From assembly GCA_963804165.1 (NCBI GenBank), contig CAWDPO010000039.1, forward strand, positions 1 to 62,289: DNA of 62,289 nucleotides. Reading direction: 5' to 3'. Position 1 is the first letter of the stretch; every line of letters begins with the position of its first letter. Of this stretch, positions 11,513 through 21,801 are shown one piece after another. A model generated the notes under the pieces. The model was not told the DNA's origin. It saw only the letters and a list, made by a program, of their open reading frames with translations, and ran no database searches. Made by a program: the position numbers and the translations under genes. Source of the stretch: an uncultured delta proteobacterium (GTDB taxonomy: Bacteria > Desulfobacterota > Binatia > UBA9968).

Positions 11513-11541
11513 TTGACAAGCTACGGCCAATTCCATACATT
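11513..11541 (+). promoter_or_regulatory. Sigma-70 promoter of tRNA-Gly
   Basis: TTGACA (11513-11518), 17 bp spacer, TACATT (11536-11541). Confidence 0.75.
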
Positions 11542-11568
11542 TTCATTTCCGACACTACCCTGAGCTGA

Positions 11569-11643
<75 letters not shown>

Positions 11644-11775
11644 AAAAATCGTCTGGCTGAATCGCTCACTTCAAGCGCTCTTATCGTCCCACCTGCGAAG
11701 CCAAAATATTTTGCGTTAGTCGCTCGAGCCCCGATGCAACGCGTCCTGGAACTGGTTGGCGCCGCGCAATTCAAC

Positions 11776-11807
11776 GCCCGTCACTCGACATCTGTCGAGT
11801 ATGCGGC
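11776..11807. promoter_or_regulatory. Tandem 14-bp palindromic putative enhancer (UAS)
   Basis: GCCCGTCACTCGAC (11776) and GTCGAGTATGCGGC (11794), 18-bp period, ~100 bp upstream of the sigma-54 promoter. Confidence 0.55.
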
Positions 11808-11906
11808 GCCATTTTGTCGTCATGGGTGACTACGAATCCTTTGGCATATTCCTCGTAATCTGCGAACTCCCCTAACCATAAGTGTTTTCTCAACATCGAA
11901 GGTACG

Positions 11907-11921
11907 TGGCATATCGATTGC
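11907..11921 (+). promoter_or_regulatory. Sigma-54 (-24/-12) promoter
   Basis: TGGCATATCGATTGC = GG-N10-GC, ~40 bp before ATG 11961. Confidence 0.8.
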
Positions 11922-11960
11922 GCTACTTCCTCTCGACAACAACGAAAGGAGGTGAATCAA

Positions 11961-12269
11961 ATGAAAAACACAAGATCACTTTTGGCGGCTTTGATTCTTC
12001 TGGGTAGCATCGCAGCGAGTGCGACAGCTTTCGCCGCCGACGGCGTCATTGCTAAAGACGAGTTTGTAGCAGGCAGTTACTGTCATCAGAAGTTTCAGGC
12101 AATGGAAGGAGAGAGTTTGGCGACCAATGAGCCAGTTCTCAAGAATCCAATTTCTGAAGATGTTATTGACTTCTACGGTCCGTGCGATGCAAGTCCGGTC
12201 GACCAAGATCAGGTTCAACAACAGAGACTAGAACGACAACACCGCTGGACGAACAACTACGAAGACTGA
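11961..12269 (+). CDS. Small secreted two-Cys protein, paralog 1 (SYC..DFYGPC..YED family), function unknown
   Basis: AAAGGAGGTG RBS; signal peptide ending AFA; two paralogs at 41038 and 41794. Confidence 0.85.
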   Translation: MKNTRSLLAALILLGSIAASATAFAADGVIAKDEFVAGSYCHQKFQAMEGESLATNEPVLKNPISEDVIDFYGPCDASPVDQDQVQQQRLERQHRWTNNYED

Positions 12270-12285
12270 GTGTTGCCGCAACGGT

Positions 12286-12310
12286 CGGAGCGGCGCATCA
12301 CGCCCCTCCG
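12286..12310 (+). terminator. GC-rich hairpin downstream of paralog 1
   Basis: CGGAGCGGCG/CGCCCCTCCG stem with one mismatch; no strong U-tract. Confidence 0.4.
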
Positions 12311-12681
12311 GTTCCCCCTGCCTCCAACCACCGACGATTCTGCAGGGAACCTAAAAACAATCTCGCCACTCTAAAACTCGACTATCAGATCACTGGATAT
12401 TTGCGCGTTGAATCGATCTGACTTTCTCGGTCGCTACAAGAGGTCGCTCCTCCAAACGGGCCTGTGGTCCGGTTTTATGTTTCCCAACTCGTACGCCAAA
12501 CAGGAATAACGCGTAGACAAAAATTCAGTTGTGCGGTTGTTCGGAAGCGCAGGAGCAGGCGGTTACTTGAGTGCGAAAATTTTGTCGCCATACGACAGCG
12601 ATGTGCAGTCAAATCTGACGTGCGACGCGAAAGGGCGCAAACACGCGGCGATGATTCAGTGTCGGCAGGCGGGTCAACGGC

Positions 12682-14088
12682 TTAAGATTTGACTGGCTGC
12701 CGCAGCTCCTTGGATTTCTCGCTCTGTACCAGTGGCGTGTAGTTAGTGCTCCGGGCGATGCCGAGTCTTTGCATTTTAGATAACAAAGTGGTGCGCTTGA
12801 GGCCCAAGCGGGCGGCCGCGCCGCGCGGTCCGCCGATGACCGCGCCGGCTTCCCGCAAAGCCTCGAGGATGCGCTGCCGCTCGACGTCTTCCAAAGTGCC
12901 CGCCATGGTCGACGCGATAGGATTTGACTGCTGCAGATCATGGGTTTGAATCTGTAATACGTTTCCTGGCGTCAGTATCACGGCTCGTTCAATCAAGTTT
13001 TGCAGCTCCCTAATGTTCCCGGGCCACGAATACCGACAAAGCGCGGTCATCGCCTCTTCGGGAATCGAATTAATTTGCCTGTTCATGCGCTGCGCATACT
13101 TGTCCACGTAGTGTTGCACCAAGAGCCGAATGTCGCCGGGCCGCTCTCGCAGCGGTGGAATCCGAATTGGAAAGACGTTGAGGCGGAAATACAGGTCCTC
13201 GCGAAATTGTTTTTCGTTGACCATCTGCGCCAGGTCCCGGTTCGTTGCCGCGATCAGGCGCACGTCGACGCGGATGGTTCGCCCGCTGCCGAGGCGCTCG
13301 AACTCCTGCTCCTGCAACACGCGCAGCAGCTTAGGCTGAAGCTCCACGGGAATGTCGCCCACTTCGTCGAGAAAAAGCGTGCCTCCATTCGCCAGTTCGA
13401 AGCGACCGATTTTCTGCGAAACCGCTCCTGTAAAAGCTCCCTTTTCATGGCCGAATAGCTCGCTCTCCAATAAGCCAGAAGGGATCGCTGCACAATTAAG
13501 CTTGACGAAGGGACGATTGGCACGGGAACTGTAGTTAAGGATCGCGCGCGCAAACAGTTCTTTTCCTGTGCCCGTTTCACCCAGAAGCAGCACCGTCGAT
13601 TCTGTCGGTGCGACAACTTCCACCTGATCCAGCACGGCATTCAACGCGTTGCTCTTGCCGACGATATCGGCAAACCTATGGTCCGCCGTATGGCCTCTCT
13701 GCTTCGGCGCCCGCTGATCGCGGGCAATGCCCTGGTGGATCGCGTCCAGTAGATCCTCATCGGCGAAAGGCTTGGTCAAGAACTCCAGCGCGCCCGCCTT
13801 TATGGCTCGGACCGACGTCGGAATATCACCGTGACCGGTGAGAAAAATAATCGGGATATGGATATCCGCCTTGGCCAGTTCCTGTTGCAGGTCGAGTCCG
13901 CTTAGTCCCGGAAGCTGCACGTCCAACACCAAGCAGCTCGGCCCATCGGTCTGCGGGTGAGCTAAAAATTCCTGCGCTGAAGCGAAGGTCTCGACCCGCA
14001 ATCCCGCCGATCGAATCAAGCTGCTCAGAGCCTCACGCACCGACGCATCATCATCCACAACGTAAATTAGAGGAGCTATTTTACTCAT
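12682..14088 (-). CDS. Sigma-54 enhancer-binding response regulator (FixJ-type REC + FhlA-like AAA+ + Fis HTH)
   Basis: REC VVDDD..LDVQLP..KPF; GETGTGKE, GAFTGA, LFLDEVGD, RLNVFPI, WPGNIRELQN, AAARLGLKRTTL. Confidence 0.95.
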   Translation of the reverse strand: MSKIAPLIYVVDDDASVREALSSLIRSAGLRVETFASAQEFLAHPQTDGPSCLVLDVQLPGLSGLDLQQELAKADIHIPIIFLTGHGDIPTSVRAIKAGALEFLTKPFADEDLLDAIHQGIARDQRAPKQRGHTADHRFADIVGKSNALNAVLDQVEVVAPTESTVLLLGETGTGKELFARAILNYSSRANRPFVKLNCAAIPSGLLESELFGHEKGAFTGAVSQKIGRFELANGGTLFLDEVGDIPVELQPKLLRVLQEQEFERLGSGRTIRVDVRLIAATNRDLAQMVNEKQFREDLYFRLNVFPIRIPPLRERPGDIRLLVQHYVDKYAQRMNRQINSIPEEAMTALCRYSWPGNIRELQNLIERAVILTPGNVLQIQTHDLQQSNPIASTMAGTLEDVERQRILEALREAGAVIGGPRGAAARLGLKRTTLLSKMQRLGIARSTNYTPLVQSEKSKELRQPVKS

Positions 14089-14180
14089 GTGGCAACTCCC
14101 TTTCGTTCAACGAGCCGGCTTGATGAGCGGAGAGCACTCGATATCCTCGCTCACCCGGCGTTGCGCTCGCGGTTTCGCTG

Positions 14181-14579
14181 CTACTTTTGTTTCTCCTTGG
14201 ACGGGCTATCGTTGGCCTTGAGAGCCATGTCGATCGCTTTCAATAAGGCTTCCTCGCTGAAAGGTTTGAGCAGGTATTCCACCGCACCGCCGTTAAGGGC
14301 TCGCGCCCGCGTCTCTTCATCGCCGTGCGCCGTGATGAAAATCACGGGCACGGCAAAATGCTCGGCTACCAATCGCCGCTGAAGGTCGAGGCCATTCATT
14401 CCCGGCATGCGCACGTCGAGGATCAAGCAGTCCGTAGCGCGGCGACACTCCGAGTTCAAAAATTCCTCGGCCGAACTAAACACCATAACCCCGAACCCGA
14501 CCGAGCGGATCAGACCGCTAAGGGATTCGCGGACTGAGTCGTCATCGTCGACAACGGATATCAGTGGAAGATGAGCCAT
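14181..14579 (-). CDS. Stand-alone FixJ-type receiver domain protein
   Basis: VVDDDDSVRESL, LDVRMPGMNG, FITAHGD, LLKPF. Confidence 0.9.
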   Translation of the reverse strand: MAHLPLISVVDDDDSVRESLSGLIRSVGFGVMVFSSAEEFLNSECRRATDCLILDVRMPGMNGLDLQRRLVAEHFAVPVIFITAHGDEETRARALNGGAVEYLLKPFSEEALLKAIDMALKANDSPSKEKQK

Positions 14580-14632
14580 GTGGATCTTTCAATCTGACAT
14601 TAATTTAGCAATCTTTCCCACCGTGAATCCAT

Positions 14633-14646
14633 TATACTTTGGTATA
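14633..14646. promoter_or_regulatory. Palindrome TATAC-N4-GTATA, candidate NodW/StyR-type response regulator box
   Basis: TATACTTTGGTATA ~55 bp upstream of the receiver gene start. Confidence 0.45.
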
Positions 14647-14656
14647 GGGAGGTAAA

Positions 14657-14680
14657 GGGCAAGGCGCGCCTTGCCCCTAC
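14657..14680 (-). repeat. GTAG-type REP-like palindrome overlapping the stop codon of the NodW-like gene
   Basis: Minus strand GTAG-GGGCAAGGC-GC-GCCTTGCCC. Confidence 0.55.
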
Positions 14681-15306
14681 GATTTTTGGGGCCGCGAAAT
14701 TCTCAGCTTCTCGCACATCCTGACCAGGTCGGCCAAAGACGCGGCCTGCATCTTTTGCATCACCTGGCCGCGATGAACTTTCACGGTGATCTCGCTGGTG
14801 CCGAGCTCGGCGGCAACCTGTTTGTTGAGTAGCCCGGAGACGACCAACGTCATCACCTCGCGCTCGCGCGGCGTCAACGATTCATGGCGGCTCTGCAGTT
14901 CCGCCATCTCCGCTTCCTGCTGGCGCGCGATCCGGTCGCGTTTTATCGCCTGCTGAATCGCATCCAGCAGATCTCGATCCGCGAACGGCTTGGTCAGAAA
15001 CTCGACGGCTCCCGCTTTCATCGCCCGTACGGAGGTCGGGACATCGCCGTGACCGGTAATAAAAATAATCGGAATGTCGATGCGCGCCTCTGCCATTCGC
15101 CTCTGCAGATCGAGCCCGCTTAGCCCCGGAAGTTGCACGTCCAACACCAAACAGCTCGGTCTATCGGCCTGCGGATGAGCTAAAAACTCCTGCGCGGAAG
15201 CGAAGGTCTCGACGCGCAACCGCGCCGATCGTATCAGGCTCGCCAAACCTTCTCGCACCGACACGTCGTCGTCGACGACAAATACGGTTGGTTTTGGCTC
15301 TGCCAT
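14677..15306 (-). CDS. FixJ/NodW/TodT family response regulator (REC + LuxR HTH)
   Basis: REC plus [38 protein letters not shown]. Confidence 0.95.
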   Translation of the reverse strand: MAEPKPTVFVVDDDVSVREGLASLIRSARLRVETFASAQEFLAHPQADRPSCLVLDVQLPGLSGLDLQRRMAEARIDIPIIFITGHGDVPTSVRAMKAGAVEFLTKPFADRDLLDAIQQAIKRDRIARQQEAEMAELQSRHESLTPREREVMTLVVSGLLNKQVAAELGTSEITVKVHRGQVMQKMQAASLADLVRMCEKLRISRPQKS

Positions 15307-15313
15307 AGCGATC

Positions 15314-17437
15314 CTAACGATGCTGCAGGAGCGTAAACTGAAAGGTCGCGCCGGGGCCGTCGTTCGGCGCGGCCCAGAGCCGTCCGCCGTGATTCTCGAC
15401 GATCGAGCGGCTGATCGCCAACCCCATGCCCATGCCTTTAGGCTTGGTCGTAAAGAATGCCGCGAAGAGATGATCGAGGCTTTCGGGATTCAGGCCGATG
15501 CCGGAGTCTTCTACTGCGATTGAAACTTTGTCGGATTCGTATTGATCGGAATGAACGAGCAAGTTACGCGGTCGATCCGTGACTGCGCTCATGGCTTCGA
15601 TGCCGTTCATCACCAGATTGAGAATCACCTGCTGCAGTTGCACCCGATCGCCCAGGACGCGCGGTAGACCCGTGGCCAGTGACATGCGCAGCGTGACGTG
15701 ATTTTTTTGTATTTCACTTTGGATCAAGCTCACGACCTCTTGGATCACTTCGTTCATGTCGAACAGCATTTTTTCGCCGTCGCTTTTTTTGAACAAGGCG
15801 CGAATCCGCCCGATCACGTCGCTGGCCCGGTTGCCGTCGCGAACGATGCGTCCCACGGCCTCGCGCGCCTCGTCGAGGTTTGGCGCTGCGCCCGCGAGCC
15901 AGCGCAAGCTGGCGTTGGCATTGGTGACGACTGCAGCGAGGGGCTGATTAATTTCGTGTGCGATGGAGGCCGTCAGTTCTCCCATGGTCATGGCTCGGGT
16001 GACATGGGCCAGCTCCGCTTGGGCCTCGCGCAAGGCCGCTTCGGCCTGCCTGCGCTGGACGCGCGTGCGTAGCGCGATGACTCCATAGGCTAAGTTGTTT
16101 GCAAGTTCCGTGAACTGCTCGAGCGTCCGTTCATTGAAAGCGTTCGGCTCTTTGGCGTAAAGAGTGAGCGCGCCAAACGGCGCGCCATCGGACATCAATG
16201 GCAGCGAGATGTTCGAACCATAGCCGCGCTCGAGCGCCTCCGCGCGCCAGGGTGCGATACCCGAGTCAGTTTGAATGTTCTTGGTCCACGCAGGCTTGCC
16301 GGTGCGGATTGCCGTCCCGGTCGGGCCATGACCTCGTTCGGCATCTTCCCAGGTGGCTTTCACGCTTTCCACGTATCCTTCGTTATATCCTGCCTGTGCC
16401 ACCGGCCGAATCGACCTTTCCAGGTCAATTTCCTTATAACCCACCCATGCCATGCGCAGCCCGCCGACCTCGACGAGAATACCACAGGCCGCCTGCAGGA
16501 GCTCGTATTCGTCGGTGGCGTGAACCAACGCCTGGTTGCACTGGTAGAGAGTCTGCAGCGTCCGATTCAGCCGCGCGAGGTTATCCTCGGTCTGCTTGCG
16601 CTCGGTGATATCGAGCAGGGCGCCGACCAATCGGATCACGGTTCCGTTCGGACCTTTGATCGGCTCGCCCATACTCTGCACGAAGCGCACGGAGCCGTCG
16701 GGACGAATAACCCGGCACTCAAGATCGTAAAGCTTCCCATCATGGACGACTTCATTATACCGTCGCTCGGCATATTGCCGATCTTCGGGATGAATTACGT
16801 GCTCGATGAAGTCTTGGCGCGACAACGAGCCGTTCGCCGGATCACGTCCCAGGATGCGAAAGACTTCATCGGACCAACGAGTGTGGCCGGTGAGCACATC
16901 GACTTCGAAGCTTCCCAAGTGGGCGACTGCTTGGGCCTCTTTGAGTTGGGCCTCGCTCGACAGCAGGGCCGCTTCCGCGTTCTTCCGTTCAGCGATTTCG
17001 GCGCGCAATTCTTCGTTGATGTGGCGGAACTCAGCCGTGCGCTCACGCACTTTCAACTCCAGCTCGTCGCGCGCCTGCTGAAGCGATTCCCTGGCGCGCT
17101 TTTGACTCGCGCTCAACCAACTGATCGACACCGCAGCGAGAAAAAATACCGCCATGCGCGGCAGGTCTTCCGCGCTGAAATCCAGGGCGTAGTAGGGCGA
17201 CGTAAAATGGTAATCGATCAGCGCCACTGAGAGCGCGCTCGCCAGCAATCCCGGGCCAAGCCCGCCCGACCAACTGCTGAGCACGACCGCGCAAAAGAAC
17301 AATGAGTTGGGCGTCGGATCAAAGTAGGTCCGCAGCAACTCTTTGATGATAAGCGCCGCGGCGACAGATAAGACGGCAAGTCCGTATCGGAGAATAACCG
17401 ACCCGACGCCGCGCGTCCATGTGTCACGGTTCAGCAT
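15314..17437 (-). CDS. Membrane sensor histidine kinase (DUF4118-like TM region, PAS, GAF, HisKA, HATPase), NodV/TodS-like core
   Basis: [10 protein letters not shown] region; PAS (IHPEDR..RPDG); GAF; [31 protein letters not shown]. Confidence 0.92.
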   Translation of the reverse strand: MLNRDTWTRGVGSVILRYGLAVLSVAAALIIKELLRTYFDPTPNSLFFCAVVLSSWSGGLGPGLLASALSVALIDYHFTSPYYALDFSAEDLPRMAVFFLAAVSISWLSASQKRARESLQQARDELELKVRERTAEFRHINEELRAEIAERKNAEAALLSSEAQLKEAQAVAHLGSFEVDVLTGHTRWSDEVFRILGRDPANGSLSRQDFIEHVIHPEDRQYAERRYNEVVHDGKLYDLECRVIRPDGSVRFVQSMGEPIKGPNGTVIRLVGALLDITERKQTEDNLARLNRTLQTLYQCNQALVHATDEYELLQAACGILVEVGGLRMAWVGYKEIDLERSIRPVAQAGYNEGYVESVKATWEDAERGHGPTGTAIRTGKPAWTKNIQTDSGIAPWRAEALERGYGSNISLPLMSDGAPFGALTLYAKEPNAFNERTLEQFTELANNLAYGVIALRTRVQRRQAEAALREAQAELAHVTRAMTMGELTASIAHEINQPLAAVVTNANASLRWLAGAAPNLDEAREAVGRIVRDGNRASDVIGRIRALFKKSDGEKMLFDMNEVIQEVVSLIQSEIQKNHVTLRMSLATGLPRVLGDRVQLQQVILNLVMNGIEAMSAVTDRPRNLLVHSDQYESDKVSIAVEDSGIGLNPESLDHLFAAFFTTKPKGMGMGLAISRSIVENHGGRLWAAPNDGPGATFQFTLLQHR

Positions 17438-17587
17438 GACTGCGCGACCGATTGACAGCGTGTTCGAAGGAACACGGGAGATCGTAAACAAACATAATTG
17501 GCCTCAACTCAGCGATCGTGGCTCGCATGCAGCGGAATATCCAGTAGGGAGAGACGACTAACAACCTCTGTTTGTTCTGCTCACCGC

Positions 17588-18601
17588 TTACTTCTTCGTC
17601 GACGAAGCAGGAGCTGAGTTCGGTGCTTCGTCGTGTCCTGCCGGAGAGCGGCGCAGAGGCACATACAGAACCGACGGCCTATCTGCTCCTCCTTGGGGAA
17701 ATAAATCCATCAGCTCGTAGACAACCCTTGGCATATCAGTAGATATTGGAAGGCCGAGTTCGCGCGCCAACTCAACCGTGATTGGAAAGTCGTGTGTCCA
17801 GCGGCCCTCTGTCAACACTGCGGCTAGGCTCACGGCTTTATCTTTCGGTAAGCGATTGAGCAGGAGTTCGGAAACAAAGCTAGCAACCTGCAGGCGGGCC
17901 TTCGCCGCTACGTCAGCAAGCTCCAAAGTTTCATCCTTAATTCGGTTGACTTGCTTCAAACTCAAAACTCGCACGATCGACGCAGCCGGCATATCGCCGA
18001 TCTGCGGATCGACTGGACCGAGCACGGCATTGGCATCCATGACGATCTCGTCCGCTGCGAGCGCGATAAGGGTTCCACCGCTCATTGCGTAGTGCGGAAC
18101 AAAAACGGTGACTTTGCCCTTGTGTTCTACCAGAGCCTTGGCAATCTGCTCGGCGGCAAGGACCAGTCCTCCGGGTGTATGAAGAATCATGTCGATCGGC
18201 TGGTCGGGCGGTGTGAGACGGATCGCCCTCAGCACGGCTTCGGAATCTTCAATATTGATGTAGCTGCTCACGGGGACTCCGAAGAGGCTGATAGTTTCTT
18301 GCCGGTGAATCATTGCGATCACGCGCGATTTTCTCTGCTGCTGAAATTGATCGAGAACACTGGCTCTGGCAGCGTTCGTCCAATACGGTCCGAAAATTTG
18401 CTGGACAACCATGTAGGCCACAATCAACCAAAACGCGAACTTCCCTATGCGGGGAAGCGGGTGCCACCACCGATGCCGTGACGGTCTCATTGAGCTCAGT
18501 CGTTTTTCCGATTCGTCGCTGACGTTTTGTATTTCCATGAGGTTAAGTCCATCTATTTTTTTATGCACAGGGGGCAAGACCCATGCCATCCAACAAGACA
18601 T
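17588..18601 (-). CDS. ClpP/crotonase-class serine protease-like protein (SDH_sah type) with N-terminal TM anchor
   Basis: LHTPGG, AMSGGTLIALAADEI, LGPVDPQ, WTHDFPI; GGAGG before ATG 18601. Confidence 0.85.
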   Translation of the reverse strand: MSCWMAWVLPPVHKKIDGLNLMEIQNVSDESEKRLSSMRPSRHRWWHPLPRIGKFAFWLIVAYMVVQQIFGPYWTNAARASVLDQFQQQRKSRVIAMIHRQETISLFGVPVSSYINIEDSEAVLRAIRLTPPDQPIDMILHTPGGLVLAAEQIAKALVEHKGKVTVFVPHYAMSGGTLIALAADEIVMDANAVLGPVDPQIGDMPAASIVRVLSLKQVNRIKDETLELADVAAKARLQVASFVSELLLNRLPKDKAVSLAAVLTEGRWTHDFPITVELARELGLPISTDMPRVVYELMDLFPQGGADRPSVLYVPLRRSPAGHDEAPNSAPASSTKK

Positions 18602-18762
18602 TTGCACGCCTCCATGATTTGAAACGGAAGTGGCAGAAACCGAGGTCTTTTGTCTCTCCGTTGAGAAACAGGTTGACGGTTTCGTAAAAATAGCGACTCC
18701 TCCCAAGCAGTTTGCAATGTTGACAAGGGTTTGTAATCGCGGGAAAACCGTTTTTGCGGATG

Positions 18763-18777
18763 GCAAACTTGAACCCG
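18763..18777 (-). promoter_or_regulatory. Possible sigma-54 promoter for the ClpP-like gene
   Basis: CGGGTTCAAGTTTGC (GG-N10-GC); UAS-like pair at 18853-18866 and 18871-18884. Confidence 0.45.
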
Positions 18778-19120
18778 ATACCACTCATGATGCGAGCGGA
18801 TCGGCAGAGAGTAAAAACTTAAGCACCTTGCATAAAGGTCAAAGAATCAGGTGCCGAAATACCGTAACTTGTCTAACTGACGACACTGCTGCATTTATGC
18901 CTGTTGAAGGGCGGACCAGATTTAGAACCGTGCAGCAGATCCTTTTTCGAGATGTCGAATGCGCGAGGCGTAAAGTACTTCCTGATGGAACGTCCATACC
19001 GCCCAGGACCGATAACGACCAGCGCCGAGCACCGTCACCGAACGAGCTATGAATTCGAGAGTTGTCCGTATGGAACTCTCATAACTTGGTACAGGGTCTC
19101 GCTTGCTTCTCCACGGCTGG

Positions 19121-20540
19121 TTAGAGCTGCGGCAGATCCGCGACATTCCAGCCGCCGCCGAGCGCCTTCACCAGCAGCACGCTCGCATCCATGCGGTGGC
19201 GCAGAATGTCGACTTGGTTGCGTTCGTTGGCCAGTGCCACGGTCTGAGCGGTGATAACTTGGAGGTAGGTGTCGACGCCGCCTTTGTAGCGATTGGTAAA
19301 GAGCTGCAGGGATTCCCGCGCTGACACCACGGCGCGCTCTTGTTGCTGGGTTTCCTGCTCAAGGATGCGCAGCGCGGCGAGATTGTCTTCCACCTGTTGA
19401 AAGGCATCGAGCGTGGCCTGGCGATAGCTGGCGACGGTTGCATCATAGTTGGCGAGCGCCGCTTCGGAAGTAGCTTTCCGCCGACCGCCATCGAAAATCG
19501 TTTGCGCTAAAGAACTGCCGACCGCCCACAAGAAACTCGGCCAACCCACCCAATTTCGGATCGAGCTGCTTTCGAATCCGAGCAGAGCATCGAGTGTCAC
19601 CGTTGGAAAGTATGCCGCCTTGGCGATGCCGATCTGTTCGTTGGCCTCCGCGACGCGACGCTCTGCCGCCGCGATGTCCGGCCTTCGCTCTAAAAGTTCC
19701 GAAGGGAAACCTGCCGGTATATCCGGTGGCTGGAAATCCAATGGCGCTGGCGTAAGGCTAAACTCCGCGGGCGGCTTGCCAATCAGAATCGCGATGGCGT
19801 GCTCGAACTGTGCTCGCTGCACGGCGATATCCGTGGCTTGTACTTGCGTGGTTTCCAGTTGCGTCCGCGCTTGGGCCACATCCGACTTGGGCGCGGCGCC
19901 GCCTTCGAATCGATTGGTCGTGAGCTGCAGGGCTTCCTCGAAGGCTTTCACCGTGTCGTTGAGCAGCCGCTGCTGGGCATCCGCGCTGCGCAGTTCGAAG
20001 TAATCGAACGCCAGCTCCGCCTGCAAGCTTAGCCTGGCGGTCTCCAAGTCGGCGGCGGTTGCCTGGGCTTCCGCGCGGGCGGAAGTCACGCTCCGGCGGA
20101 TACGGCCCCACAAATCCAGCTCGTAAGAGACATCGCCGGTCAACAGAAAGTCGCGGGTTGACGCGCCGCTTGACGGTGGCTGGGTCTTCGTCGAATCGCG
20201 CAGGGAACTCGCGCTAGCCCCGGCCGAAACCGTGGGGAACAATCCGGCGCGGAAAAAACCGATCAATGCGCGCGCCTGGCGGTATCGCGCCTCGGCCACC
20301 TTCACGTTTTGATTGGCCTCACTCACTTGTTCTTCCAGCGCGTTCAGCTGCGGATCACCGAAGATCTCCCACCACTTGCCGCGCGGGATTTTGTCGCTCG
20401 GTCGCGCGAGCTTCCACCCCTGGTCCTCCTTGTAGCCGGCCGTCATCGGCACCGCGGGCTTGAAAATAATCCGGTCCCACCATGCAACCTGCGCACAGCA
20501 ACACCACAGCAGCAGTAAGACCGAGGTTCAATGATTTCAT
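19121..20540 (-). CDS. Outer-membrane efflux lipoprotein (NodT/OprM family); one frameshift near 20460
   Basis: LCAGCMVGPDY lipobox in ORF 20355-20540; WWEIFGDPQL, ELDLWGRIRR, ELLERRPDIAAAE, ALGGGW. Confidence 0.9.
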
Positions 20541-21754
20541 CGCGCGGCGCCTTGAGCGGGTGGAGTATTCACTTGAACGGTCGTCCCGCCGATCAGAGAG
20601 TCGCTTGGATTGACGATGACCGGATCCGTAGTCTGGAGCCCGGACAAAACCTCCACGCTGTTGCCGTAGTCGCGACTGATGGTCACTGGGACGAGTTGCG
20701 CGCGGCCGTTGCGAACCACGCCGACGCGCAAGCCCTCGGAGCGGAATAGCAAGGTATTGGCGGGCAGCGTGATGGAGCCGGTCGATTGCGGCAATTTGAG
20801 ATGAACGCTGACGTAAGCGCCGGGGAGCAGGGTGCCGCTGCGGTTATCCACATCGACCTCGACAAGCAGAGTTCGTGAGGCCGGATCGATGGAGTTGGAG
20901 TTGCGCGCGATCGTGCCGTCGAAAGTCTTGCCGGGAAATTCGTCGAGCGTCAAAAATGACGTCGCGCCCGGGCGCACTGCCTGCGCATAGAGTTGCGGCA
21001 CCGCGACAAAGACGCGCAAGATGTTGATTGCCGTGAGGTGGAAGAGCTCCTGCGCCGATGTACTCGCCCCCGAATTAATCAGCGCGCCGATATCCGTGTT
21101 GCGCGCCGTGATCACGCCGTCGAAAGGAGCATAAATCTTCTGAAACCCCTGGAGTTCCTCCAGGCGGCGGACATTGGAGCTGTTTGAGTCGACCGTGGCT
21201 TTCATCGCATGAAAGTTGCTCACAGCCACGTCGGTTTCCTGCTTCGACACGGAGTTCGTTTTCCAGAGGGCTTCCCAGCGGTCCGCGGTGATTTCGGCCT
21301 GGCGCAGGTTGGCCTGCGCGGTTTGCAGATCCGCCCGCGCTTGCTGCAGCTGCTGGTCCACTTCGGGGGTCTCGATCTCGGCCAGGAGCTGGCCCTTCTT
21401 CACCCTTGTCCCGATGTCAACGTGCCAACTTTTCACATAACCGTTCGTCCGCGCAAAGATCGGCGCATCGGTAAACGCCTGGGTATTGCCTGGCAGAACA
21501 ATCTCATTGTTGGGAGCGCCGGCCTTCGGATAGACCACGTTGACGATCGATGTCGCTGCCGCCGCAGTGGTCTGCTGCAGGTCCGCTTCCGCCCTGTTGC
21601 GACTGATCAAGCCAAAGGCAATCGCGACGACAAAAACTCCTGCCACGATGGTGAGAATCACATAAGTCGCGAATCCAATCCCCGCATGGTGGTCTGGATC
21701 GCGCGGGGTATTTTCCAATTGGGTTTCGGATTCTTTCTTCTCGTCATTGGTCAT
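20537..21754 (-). CDS. RND efflux periplasmic adaptor (membrane fusion protein)
   Basis: ARTNGYV..VDIGTRVKKGQLLAEI, IYAPFDGVIT, IDPASRTLLVE. Confidence 0.92.
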   Translation of the reverse strand: MTNDEKKESETQLENTPRDPDHHAGIGFATYVILTIVAGVFVVAIAFGLISRNRAEADLQQTTAAAATSIVNVVYPKAGAPNNEIVLPGNTQAFTDAPIFARTNGYVKSWHVDIGTRVKKGQLLAEIETPEVDQQLQQARADLQTAQANLRQAEITADRWEALWKTNSVSKQETDVAVSNFHAMKATVDSNSSNVRRLEELQGFQKIYAPFDGVITARNTDIGALINSGASTSAQELFHLTAINILRVFVAVPQLYAQAVRPGATSFLTLDEFPGKTFDGTIARNSNSIDPASRTLLVEVDVDNRSGTLLPGAYVSVHLKLPQSTGSITLPANTLLFRSEGLRVGVVRNGRAQLVPVTISRDYGNSVEVLSGLQTTDPVIVNPSDSLIGGTTVQVNTPPAQGAAR

Positions 21755-21801
21755 TGTATTGCTCCATGAAATAAATCGGCTGCCGTTGGCGCAGGGTTTT
21801 G

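Noticed and set aside
11842-11856. Second sigma-54-like site TGGCATATTCCTCGT
   Set aside because: The -12 element is poor, and a consensus site lies 65 bp downstream.
16271-17230. Long antisense ORFs (also 31461-32249, 37708-38421, 45366-46277)
   Set aside because: They are shadows of well-supported genes on the opposite strand, as expected in GC-rich DNA.
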